A stretch of 64,000 bases of DNA from Paragordius varius (Eukaryota; Animalia; Nematomorpha). The DNA lies in contig OZ176058.1 of assembly GCA_964247055.1 (NCBI GenBank), positions 1,674,001 to 1,738,000 of the forward strand, read 5' to 3'. The notes below the pieces were generated by a model. The model saw only the letters and a program-made list of their open reading frames with translations. It did no database searches and had not been told where the DNA came from. Positions 1 through 10,293 of this stretch are shown in pieces; position 1 is the stretch's first letter, and each line of letters starts with the position of its first letter. The translations under genes were made by a program, and so were the position numbers.

Positions 1-1053
1 TTATATGGCCATATTTTAGCTTTTAAAAAATACCTGTTTTCGCCATATATTTCAGAAACTGATTATATTTTATCCTAAGGACAATCATTATTAAGACATA
101 TATATTTTAGAGCATGGAGTGCTTTTATAGTGTCGTCGCTATTCAAATCCTTCTTTCAACATGGGTACAAACGAGCCAAGAGAACTAAATCCGTTGTCTT
201 TTGCTCTTTACGCCTTTCAGATTATTGTACTGATTTATTTATTTGATCTCCAAAAAGAGTACTTAAACAGAGTTTCACATTTCTTCCATGCGTCATATAT
301 ATTTGTTATAAGGAAAGTATCAGCCTCCAAATATCTTTTATAAGTGGTTCCATTATGTTATAGATATATTCGGCAGTCTTACTAGGATAAGATGTGTCAT
401 TAATAAAAAATGATTTTTGGGATCTTTGGCCAATAATAATTAATTGTTTGATCCCTACAAATATTAGTAAAGGAATCGACGATAAATGAAATATTATTTT
501 TACATATTCCATCAACTTCTAATTTTATATCTTCATAACATAAATCTAGTCATTCATTGGAAATCTGTTTTCTATTTTAAATATTCGGTTTTAAACTATG
601 AATGACACCCCGTTTGTTTTAACTATGTTAAGAGTTGAGGCTTTAAAAATAAATTTTACTAAATGTTTCTGGTTTTAAGATTAAACTTAAGAAATTAAAT
701 ACTTAGCTTGCTTTCGACCATCACCTTCTGTCATATAATTTATTTTATGAACTTCTTTTAGATGTTTCTTTATTTGGCTTTATATAAATATATATATATA
801 TATGTAATTGCGTTTCTTGCATGTAACTTGATTTTTTGATCGAAAAATTTCCACACGGCTTATTTCATTATGGTTTAGGAAAGAAAAAATGTGTTTATAT
901 GATATTTAAAAGAAAATAATATATATATAAATAATATAATTTTCCTAGAAATTGTAAATTTAAAAAAATAAAAAAATTAAAAAAAAATGGCCTATGTCAT
1001 TTTTTACGTGGTAGGTCGTTACCCTAGGTCATTAACTAATGGGCACAACCTTA
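1..1053 (-). mobile_element. hAT-1 (DUF659-type) transposon, copy A, cut by window start
   Basis: Near-identical to 18886-19947 and 32560-33625. Ends in ACAACCTTA (TIR, rc TAAGGTTGT). Minus-strand decayed transposase fragments, e.g. ORF 306-515. Confidence 0.85.
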
Positions 1054-1773
1054 ACTATATATAAAAGGTTTTTAAATATAAATATTAAATAATATTGTCT
1101 TTTTGGTTTTGTTTTATGCGTAAAATTCCATTTTTTTACTGTAAATATTTTTTTGATAATTTTACCTAATATAATTAGATTTCATGATTATACTTAATAC
1201 GCAATGATATTAAACTTTAATACAATGTAAAATATATAATTAATCTAATTTAATATGATTGGTAATTTATAATACGACAGTATTAAGATGGCAGATTAGA
1301 ATACGTTAGTAATACTCTTATTCAGTGATGGGGAAATATAAATATTAAATTAATTAAGTTAACCCTAATGCAATAGGTATTAACCATATTTGTTATCCAC
1401 ATTTTCTTTTGTACTAATAAAGGCATTTGAATTAACAAATATCAATATTTTTTTAGCTTTCAAGCGTTAGTTATCATCTATTTTTGAAAATTAAAATTTT
1501 TGGCTATATACAGTCATGTAGACTTTAATTTATCAAAAATTTACTTTTTTTCTTTAAATGGGTATTAATATTTGGTAAAGAATATAAAAACAAGAGCAAT
1601 ATGGTATTACCATATCATATTCTTTAAAAAAAGTAAAAAATGAAGGGGAAGGGCGTCGGAAATCTTTGGTAAAAAATGAAAATACACTAACTACTAACCC
1701 TTCACTTAAAATTGTATAAAAGGGTTAGGAAAATCGTAATTTTTATCTCAAATATAATTTTTTTTGTTTTGAT

Positions 1774-3707
1774 ATGAGAACGATAAAAGGGATTTTTACG
1801 ATAGATGCTATATTAAATAATCGATTTGATCCAATTTCATTAGGATGTAACCCTGGTATTGCGGGTATTTTTTCCTTTATAATGTTAGATTCAGATTATG
1901 TTGACGAAAATATAAGACCCACACAAAATATTGTGCCTAGCAACGATGGTTTTTTTCATTTAAAATCTAGGTGTTAATGAGATCGGCGGGAATGAATTGA
2001 TAGTAGATCCTGGTGTCCTTAATGGTTTTTTTGCCTTTATAATGTTAGATTCAGATTATGTTGACGAAAATATAAGACCCACACAAAATTTTGTCCCTAA
2101 CAACGATGGTATTTTTTTCATTTAGAATCTAGGTGTTAATGAGATCGGCGGGAATGAATTGATAGTAGATCCTGGTGTCCTTAATGGTTTTTTTGCCTTT
2201 ATAATGTTAGATTCAGATTATGTTGACGAAAATATAAGACCCACACAAAATATTGTCCCTAACAACGATGGTTTTTTTTTCATTTAGAATTTAGGTGTTA
2301 ATGAGATCGGCGGGAATGAATTGATAGTAGATCCTGGTGTCCTTAATGGTTTTTTTGCCTTTATAATGTTAGATTCAGATTATGTTGACGAAAATATAAG
2401 ACCCACACAAAATTTTGTCCCTAACAACGATGGTATTTTTTTCATTTAGAATTTAGGTGTTAATGAGATCGGCGGGAATGAATTGATAGTAGATCCTGGT
2501 GTCCTTAATGGTTTTTTTGCCTTTATAATGTTAGATGTTGACGAAAATATAAGACCCACACAAAATATTGTGCCTGGCAACGATGGTTTTTTTCATTTAG
2601 AATTTAGGTGTTAATGAGATCGGGAATGAAAATATGACAACTTCATTAAACGGTAGAGGAAAAAGGAAAAGTACCGTTTTTGTTAATTTTAGAATATAAT
2701 TTTTGGTCAGATGAAAAAAAGTCTAAAGCCTATAAAATTTTCGGGAATCCCATAAATCACGAATTATCGTCTCGTCATTTTGTAGATGATTTAAACATGT
2801 CTATAAGTTCCATAAATGCTATGAGACGAAGCATGACTCTGGGAATAGAGAAAGAGCCATTGAAAAAGGGTAGGAAAACGAAATGCAATGAAGGTCTAGT
2901 CGGGCAGGTCAAAACAATCCTCGATAGTGATTGTGAATTGACTGTCGATGAGATTCTTAATAAATTACCCACAGAATCCAAAATATCCAAAAAAACCTTA
3001 TATAAAATATTTAAAATATTAAACTACACGCGCAAAAGGTGTATTATGGAACCAACAGCGCAATTCCACGTTGGTAATTCAAAAACGATTTGAGTATGCC
3101 TGTCTTGTGAACGGCATACCCTTGGACAAAATCTATTATTTAGATGAGTCGGGGTTTTCCTTGATAGCGAAAAATATATTTGGCCGGGCACCGTCAGGAC
3201 AGGCACCTATCGTAAAGGGCTTCAATAAAGGTATATTTTTATTTTATTTTAGGTAAAAACGTCTCTTTGTTGTGTATGATTGGAATACAGGGTGTTGTTA
3301 ATTACAGCATCAAACAGGGAGCGTTAAATGGCGAGACTTTTAAGCCATTTTTGGAAGAGTCTTTGGCCATGTTACCACAAGATGCGTTTGTCATTTGCGA
3401 CAACGCACCCATACACAAATGTTCTATTTTGGGTAATTTAAGGAACAAGCTTATATATTTACCACCTTATTCGCCCCAACTTAATCCTATTGAATGTTTT
3501 TTTCACGAATTAAAATTTTATTATGAAAAAAAACCAAGATGCACTACATTCTGGGAACAATATTGCAGAATCAAAAGATTGTGCGACGAAAGAAAAACAA
3601 AATCTCTTCAAAATTATTATGATTTTTCAAAAAGAGTTTTAATTGATGTTGCTTTAAAAAAACTAAGGTTGGAAAATGAAAACAATTTTAAACATCATTT
3701 ATTGTAA
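1774..3707 (+). pseudogene. Tc1-like transposase with N-terminal 38-aa tandem repeat, 13 exons and 12 tiny introns; one frameshift near 3058
   Basis: Predicted exons 1774-1864, 1889-1948, 1971-2024, 2049-2108, 2133-2186, 2211-2270, 2295-2348, 2373-2432, 2457-2510, 2535-2585, 2608-2670, 2693-3230, 3253-3707. All introns are GT-AG, 22 or 24 nt, phase 1. Splicing gives RGKRK|KYNFWSDEKK and FNKG|KNVSLLCMIG. The frame breaks only at EPT(g)RNSTLVIQKRFEY. About 550 aa if repaired. Confidence 0.85.
1865..2625 (+). repeat. Tandem repeat, 160-162 bp unit, ~4.7 near-identical copies (coding micro-exon pairs)
   Basis: CCTTTATAATGTTAG recurs at 1874, 2034, 2196, 2358 and 2520. Unit = 60 nt exon + 54 nt exon + two 22-24 nt introns. 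Confidence 0.95.
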
Positions 3708-3880
3708 TTATCAAAGACGATTTAGTTTTTCTTTGATCGCAGAGTACGATATAAAAATAATTTCCAGATATTGCTTTTTTATAACAATTATTATAAAAAA
3801 AACATTCAATAGGGTTAAATAGTGGTAAACTGGTATATATATATGATTGAATTTTAAATTTCCCAAAATAGAGCATTTTA
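3700..3880 (-). repeat. Diverged inverted copy of the transposase 3' region (~3417-3610)
   Basis: Minus-strand translations KCSILGNLK, FNPIECFF and LCDQRKTKS mirror plus-strand KCSILGNLR, LNPIECFF and LCDERKTKS. Confidence 0.8.
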
Positions 3881-4082
3881 GGATGAAACGCATTCAGTTC
3901 GATAATATTTTTTTGTAAACGCTATATAATTCATATTCATTTCCCATGTTTTCCCTTATATACACACACAATTCATAATTTGTCCGTTCTATGTTTTATT
4001 TAATGTGTTATCCTATTATAAAAATTATAATAAATTTTTTTTACCTATATAAAAATCTATATTTAAGTGATTTGTTGTTTAA

Positions 4083-4486
4083 CAATTGGATACAACACAT
4101 TCATTTTTAAGATAAAACCAAAAGGTAAAGATTTAGTGAATGTGACATGTGTGTAATGGTAAAATTGAAAAAGAATACAAAATAAATCGCTTTTTCTATT
4201 TCTATCAAGGTTAGATGTGATTTAAATAAAAAATTATCTTTAATTTTACCCTTAACACTAAATGAAGACGACATTTTGCAAATATTTTGTAAAATAAAAT
4301 GACGTCGAAGTTGTTTGACATGGAACTTTTTTTTCAAAACAAAATTTTATTTAGATATTTGGATTTATATAATTTTTATTAGGAAAGATAAATTTAAATT
4401 GGGACCGTTTCTTTCACTAGTTTTTTAAAAATCCTAACTCAAATTTAGTCTAAGGTATATTTAGATACCCCATTTGAATCTAGGTG
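4083..4486. mobile_element. piggyBac-like MITE (TTAA-flanked) nested in the Tc1 element
   Basis: TTAA|CAATTG...GGTG|TTAA. Body aligns with 49236-49760 and 60667-61239. Confidence 0.7.
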
Positions 4487-5300
4487 TTAAATAAAAATTT
4501 TATCAAAAAAAATTAATATATAAAATTTGAAAAAATTAACAAAAATATTACCATTCCCCTTTAAACAAAATTTAAGATTTACATTTTTTACCAAAGATTT
4601 CTGACGCCCTTCCCCCACACTTCTTTTAATTTTTTTAAAGAATATGATATGGTAATACCATATTTCTCTTGTTTTTATATTCTTTACCAAATATTAATAC
4701 CCATTTAACGAAAAAAAGTAAATTTTTGATAAATTAAAGTCTACATGACTGTAAGCATATATATATTATGAATAATTATTTTATTCATCAAGGAGAGTTA
4801 TATCTAGCTTTTCTTAATTATTACACTAGAAAACAAATTTTTCTGCCACTCGAGTTTTTTACATTATATGATATTTATTATTTTTACGATAAATCTGAAA
4901 TAAAATTTATAATTACACCTAAGAATTTTGTATAATTTGATTTTTTGATTATGCGCCCTTTTATTTTACTAAATGTTACTCTTAAATATACAACAAATGC
5001 CCGTTAAAATATCATCTGAAAGAGTTATGAAAACGTTTTACTTGTTAATATTGGACATAGCGACAAACGCGAGAAGCGAGAGTGTTTTTATTAATTAATA
5101 TAAAAATAAAACTAATGAATGAAAATAGCTCAAACTTTGTCTAGATGTCAAAAGCCCAAAAAAGATAACATAAGAAGTTTTTTAATTAAACCACTAATAA
5201 AAATTACCATAGCAATATTAATTTATTTTTTTAGGAGGCTCATAATTCCAAAGACTAGTAACAAAGTTTAAATTATTTTTTATTTTTCTAAGATTAAGTA

Positions 5301-5974
5301 CAAACATGAATATTTTGTTACTTGTGTATTTTTATTGTTAAGGGAAAAGCAATTATATTAACCATATCCTTCCTATTCATTAAAAAAGTAAAAGAGTTGT
5401 GAGGGAAAGGCGTCGGAAACTTTGGTAAAAATGAAAATACACTAACACCTAACCCTTATCTTAAAATATTGTTAAAGGGGAATGGTAATAATTTTTTCTG
5501 CTAATTTTTTAGCAAAATTTTTTAACTATTTTTTTCGAAATTTTTTTTATTTTTAAAGAAAACAAATTAACCACGTTAAAATTAATTTTGATGTGTAGAT
5601 AATAAAATAAAAAATATTACAGTTTAGAGTCTCTTTTTTCCTTTTTTATTAAAGGGTAAGGACTTAAATTGTATCCGGACATGTGAAGGCTTTAACACTC
5701 GCCTGCCCAGGGCTGACAGTGATGATGGAAAAAATGCGTAGTTTCGGGGTTCGAACTCTGGCACGCAGAGTTAGAGTCCGTCGCCCTACAAAATACATAA
5801 TTTTAAGTGAAGGGTGTTAGTTGTTGGTGTTTTTTATTTTTTACCAAAAATTCCCGACGCTCTTGCTTCACACTTCTTTTATTTTTTTGATGTGATATGG
5901 TAAATGCCATAGGGCTCTTTTTAACAAATAAAATACAATTAAAAAAAATTGCCAGAATGAAAGATTCATGACTG
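5301..5974. mobile_element. Non-autonomous MITE related to the Tc1 TIR (CAGTCATG ends)
   Basis: Ends CAAACATGAA / TTCATGACTG. Internal GGGAA(A/G)GGCGTCGGAAA-type motif shared with the Tc1 TIR. Paralogous to 34689-35172. Confidence 0.7.
5620..5795 (-). mobile_element. 5'-truncated tRNA-derived SINE
   Basis: The minus strand reads GTAGGGCGACGGACTCTAACTCTGCGTGCCAGAGTTCGAACCCCG (anticodon-arm-like plus B box GTTCGAACC), then a GC-richer body and an A-rich tail. Absent from the paralogous MITE at ~34980. Confidence 0.55.
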
Positions 5975-8265
5975 TTATAAATTTACTATGGCATTTTAGT
6001 ATCCACTAGGTAAAATATTTTTGATAATAACAATTTTTATGGAAAAAGCAAACCAAAAGCTGTTTTAATTCTTTTAAATTTTTTAACTAATGTAACCATA
6101 GTAATTATATTTATTTATATCAGTTTTAAATGATTTGGTTGAAAATTTTGACTAAATAAACCCAAATAACTTTTACATCAGATAGATATAAATGACCAAC
6201 TACCATTCGAAAGATAGAGTTTTTCGAGCTTTTTCGAATGATATGAAATCGGCACTATTTTAAAAAAATTTAATTTTCAAAATTTCAAGTTTAATGATAA
6301 ATTGGGGCGAAAACTTATCGATAAATCCTGATAAAAAAATTTATAAGTATTAAACTAATTTTTTTCAGATACATTATTTATGTACTTCAATGAAATAAAT
6401 TTATAAGAATGGGAGTTGAAAAAATGTACCAGTTTTGTATTATACATAATTATTGGGGTGTTGATTTAATACACTTCGATTCAAATTGGTATCTTGTGGA
6501 CTGAGTGTTTAAGTTTATAATAAAAATTACAGAAAGAAGCGTTTAATATTTAATAGCTTCAATTCTAATACAAATGTTAAAATTAACCAAAATAAATAAT
6601 TTGGTTTTAAAAGTAACTACTTCGATGCCATTTATATTTGAGCACATAAAAATATTGTGTTTATTTGATTATAGGCTGAAGTTTAGGCTAATTTATATTA
6701 AATCATATCTAACGTTGCTTTAAAAAAAGTGGTTAAATTGCATTATTTATATTTATAGCTAATGCATATATGCTGACAAAATAAGTGATATCAAGTTTTT
6801 GTAAATAATTCTTTTTTTATAATTCGGTGCATAATTGCAATGCTTTTGATTTGTTTCATTTTAGATTTGATTTTAAACAGTCATAGAGTCCCCAAAGATC
6901 CCAAGTTAATCAGAAAATTAAATGAATATGTTGTATAGTGTTGAGTAATAACATTAAAATTCGATTTTTTATTCGCGTGAAGTTAAAACAGAATGTAGTG
7001 AAGATTTATCTTTTCAACAAATAACTGAAAAAGTGATTATTAAATATCAAAATATATTACGCTTTTAAAAATTGGTAAATTACTAGTTTAACACTTTATT
7101 ACAGTTTAATTTATTTGCCATAAATGACATTTGGAGGTAGTCTTTGACCCCAATAGCCTAAAGTAATAAAAAAAAATACTGTCGATTAAATTTAAATATC
7201 AAACCCTCTCCTATATAAGTACATGGAATTTGTAAAAAATTTAAATTCTGGAGTCTAAAATTGCGACACCTCCAAAACATGATTAAAAACTAACAGCTGA
7301 TATTATAATCAATGAATTAAATTTACTTAAAAAACTTTCCAAAGTTAATTATTTATTAATCATAATCACAGTTATTTGCGTTTTGTATTCACTGTTTAAA
7401 AAAATTGTTAAAAAGTGGCGGCGAAAAGTTGAGACGAGGATATTTTACAAATTTATATTTTTTATTAAAAATTTGTATAATGCGCTAATAAGGCTAAAGA
7501 AATCATATTTTCAATTAGCCTAATGCTAAAAACGTTTTAATATATTTAAAATTTAAATAGCCCAGTGGTATAAAACTACCTAAAAAGGTGGCAAAATGTA
7601 TATATAAGTTTAAGTCTAATATAAAAATGATTTTAATATTAAATGTAGGCACACAAAAATATGATACGATCTTTATTTTAAATATTGTTTAATCTTAACA
7701 TATTCTGCGGTAAAGGTGCACTGCAACATATCCCTCAAGATTCTAGTTTTATTTTGTTTCTATGTAACCTTAGCTTTGGTCGTTATATATCACATATTAA
7801 CTATTTTTTTCTAAATTTAAACTATATCTAGGTCCAAAAATTCTTTTATTGATCTTGACTCTTTAAATCTATTGTTGATAAATGGTATGTGAATGAAATA
7901 AACTCCGTATTAATTTGCATAAGTAAGGCATATATTAAATTTGTGACTTATTTCTTCCACAGTGAAAAGATTTAAACAATATAAATTTATAGAAAATAAT
8001 AGCTTTTATCTTTTAACCTTTTTTTCCATGCAAATTAAAATTTGCTTTAACCTCAAATGTCCATTATAATTTCAGCTTTTGCGATTTAGCATACAAAAAT
8101 ACATATAATATAAATTAGCTAATCTATCAGACGGCTATAAAACTGTTAAAGTGTTTTCTAGATATTTTTTGAATATTTTTGTGATTTAAATTACCAATAT
8201 CATTTATTTTGTACTCTATGAAAGATCCCTTTGAAATTATTGAAAAACTGTGTCTCTATTTTGAG

Positions 8266-9186
8266 TTAGTATGCCATGATACGCCAAGTTTTGTCAATCA
8301 AGTTATTTATGAAATTGCCAACAGTCATGTTTTCTAAAATATTAGATCGATTTTTTGCATTTTTTGAATTTGTTTCAGTTATATTTATACCAGTTGGAAC
8401 AAAAAACATAAATCGATTCCACACAGAAATATTTTCATGTTGTGGTATGCTTAAATTTGAATTAATATAAGAACTCAAATTTTTAACAATTGTTGGATGT
8501 TTTGAGTGTTTTCGCTTATTTTTGTGCTTTCTATGTGCGACATTAGAACTGTACCCTAAAAGAATATAAAAAAATAATGGATAATATAATTAAATGAAAA
8601 TTGATTTTATAATTCGTGGTTTTAAGACAACTTTGAATAAATTAGTATTTGGTAATAATGTTTTAAAAGTTCACACCTTCTTTTAATAAAATTTGTTATA
8701 TTTTTTGGAAATTTGTAATTTATTATAAGATATTATTTTTATTATTAGTATCGTACGAAAAAAGTATGTCCAATATAAACAAAATAAGGTTAAAATACGG
8801 AAATATTTGTTTAATTTACACCATTAGTTACTTTTTACCATACTCACTGTAAAACTTAATTTATTTTAAACATAAAACCATTATTTAATATAAGAGCTGG
8901 CTAAAACGTAATCCGCCTGCAAAAAATTTGAAATATTTTTTATACAAATTTTGTTAATATGACTAACCAAATCACATTACTAAAAAAATTGTTATCATGT
9001 GTTTGTATCTTTCAGGCTTATGTTTGAAGCGATTTATAATAAACTCCCCTGATTTATAACATATTAGTTACCATTAAGGTTGTTGAAATTACTAAGAGTA
9101 ACACCACCAGACAGTTGGGTTAGAGTACATAAATATAAATAAATGTAAAACAAAAGGACAAAATATTTTTGATTTTTAACATACAT
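8266..9186 (-). CDS. Candidate secreted protein of unknown family, copy A
   Basis: Exon 1 9072-9186 (MYVKNQKYFVLLFYIYLYLCTLTQLSGGVTLSNFNNLN+G, signal-peptide-like) ends at GTAACT. Terminal exon 8266-8555 follows TTTTAG in compatible phase 1 (GYSSNVAHRKHKNKRK...KTWRIMAY*). About 134 aa if joined. Optional exon after a 23 nt intron (9049-9071). Confidence 0.5.
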
Positions 9187-9942
9187 TTCGATACTTTTAA
9201 TAAACTTGAAACCGAAAATAATTAATTATAATTATAGCTGTTTATTAAACAGTTCAAAAAAGGCAAAGTTCAAATTTTTTTGTTTTCTAAAAAGAACATT
9301 AGCTTTAGAATGATGCAATAAATCATTAATTATGTTATGTAAGGTTTAATTGGTTTTGAAAGGTAGTATACATTATGTGTGCACTCTTAAAAATATTTGA
9401 TATTTGTATATAAAAGTTGCTATTTTTTGGCCTAACTATCAAGAATATAATTAATTAAATGTCAAAATATGAGGGAAATTGAGTTAAATTCATTTTTTAT
9501 AAAAACTATGCATTAAAGAGGGCATTTGGCCATTTCGTTTGTTAAAATATATATGTTTATCACATGAAATTCATATTAAAGCCAATTGTGAAATCGCGTC
9601 CATTTAAAAAAAGATTCGAGTGATATAAAAACATAAATCTGATTCATTTTGTTCTAGAATTCACAAAATTGATTTAAATAGTTATTTAAAGCCTAAATAA
9701 TGATCTTATTAGGTTTATATTTATTTATAGATAAAATCATTATATTATAAAATAATAATTTTTGAGCTTATTTTAAAATCCATTAAAGAAAGTTAAAATT
9801 TTTTTAAAATGCAATTAGTAATTATAGATATAATACTCGAATTATATACAAACAGATAAAGATTACCAAAATAATTATATGACACTTTGTTCGAATCGTT
9901 TATATAAATTCATCTTTTTTCGAATACGGTAACGAGAGTTTC

Positions 9943-10226
9943 ACCATATTTCAGTCAAAAGCAACATTTTTCAAGCTAACGCAGCATTTTTTAACCAGCG
10001 CAACTTTTTTTCAACCAAACGCAACATTTAACCAAACGCATCACATTTACAAGCACAGACAACATTTTTCAAGCCAAGACAATATTTTTTCAATGAATGG
10101 CAATGAAAAAATGTTGCGTTGATATATGTTATCTATGATTGAAAAAATGTTACCTTAGGTTAAATATGTTGCGTTTGTTGAAAAAATCTTGCGTTTGATT
10201 AAAAAATCTTTTGTCAGAAAAATGGT
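9943..10226. mobile_element. Foldback MITE built from short AACGCAACATTTTT-type repeats in inverted arms
   Basis: Termini ACCATATTTCAGTCAAAA and rc ACCATTTTTCTGACAAAA. Absent at the paralogous site ~40385-40395. Confidence 0.7.
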
Positions 10227-10293
10227 ATATTATGTGCCATTTCGGTATTTTAATCGCTATGGGGATTTATTTTACATATCTGTCATGTATGCT

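Larger units (their letters stand above)
1511..4751 (+). mobile_element. Tc1/IS630-superfamily DNA transposon, 3241 bp, ~165 bp TIRs, TA target duplication
   Basis: Starts CAGTCATGTAGACTTTAATTTATC and ends with the reverse complement, flanked TA...TA. The paralogous empty site GGCTATATAAGCAT lies at ~34076-34089. Internal transposase motifs LDESG, DNAPIH and YSPQLNPIE. Confidence 0.95.

Noticed and set aside
161-343. Recurrent plus-strand ORFs (161-343, 19044-19229, 18670-18900, 8276-8470, 38706-38897)
   Set aside because: They are antisense shadows of hAT-1 or of the minus-strand terminal exon, repeated only because the DNA is duplicated.
1865-2625. CRISPR-like or non-coding satellite interpretation of the 160 bp repeat
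   Set aside because: There are no unique spacers, the context is eukaryotic, and the units resolve into in-frame exons and GT-AG introns.
3070-3094. A 25 nt GT-AG intron that would repair the transposase frameshift
   Set aside because: It restores frame arithmetically but removes the RN...I..R..Y segment expected in IS630/Tc1-like proteins and is not T-rich like the other introns. A 2 nt deletion is more plausible; RNA-seq could overturn this.
5740-5790. Amber-suppressor tRNA gene (CTA anticodon)
   Set aside because: The acceptor stem and D-arm 5' half are missing, the T-stem is mispaired, and it is followed by a SINE-like body and tail.
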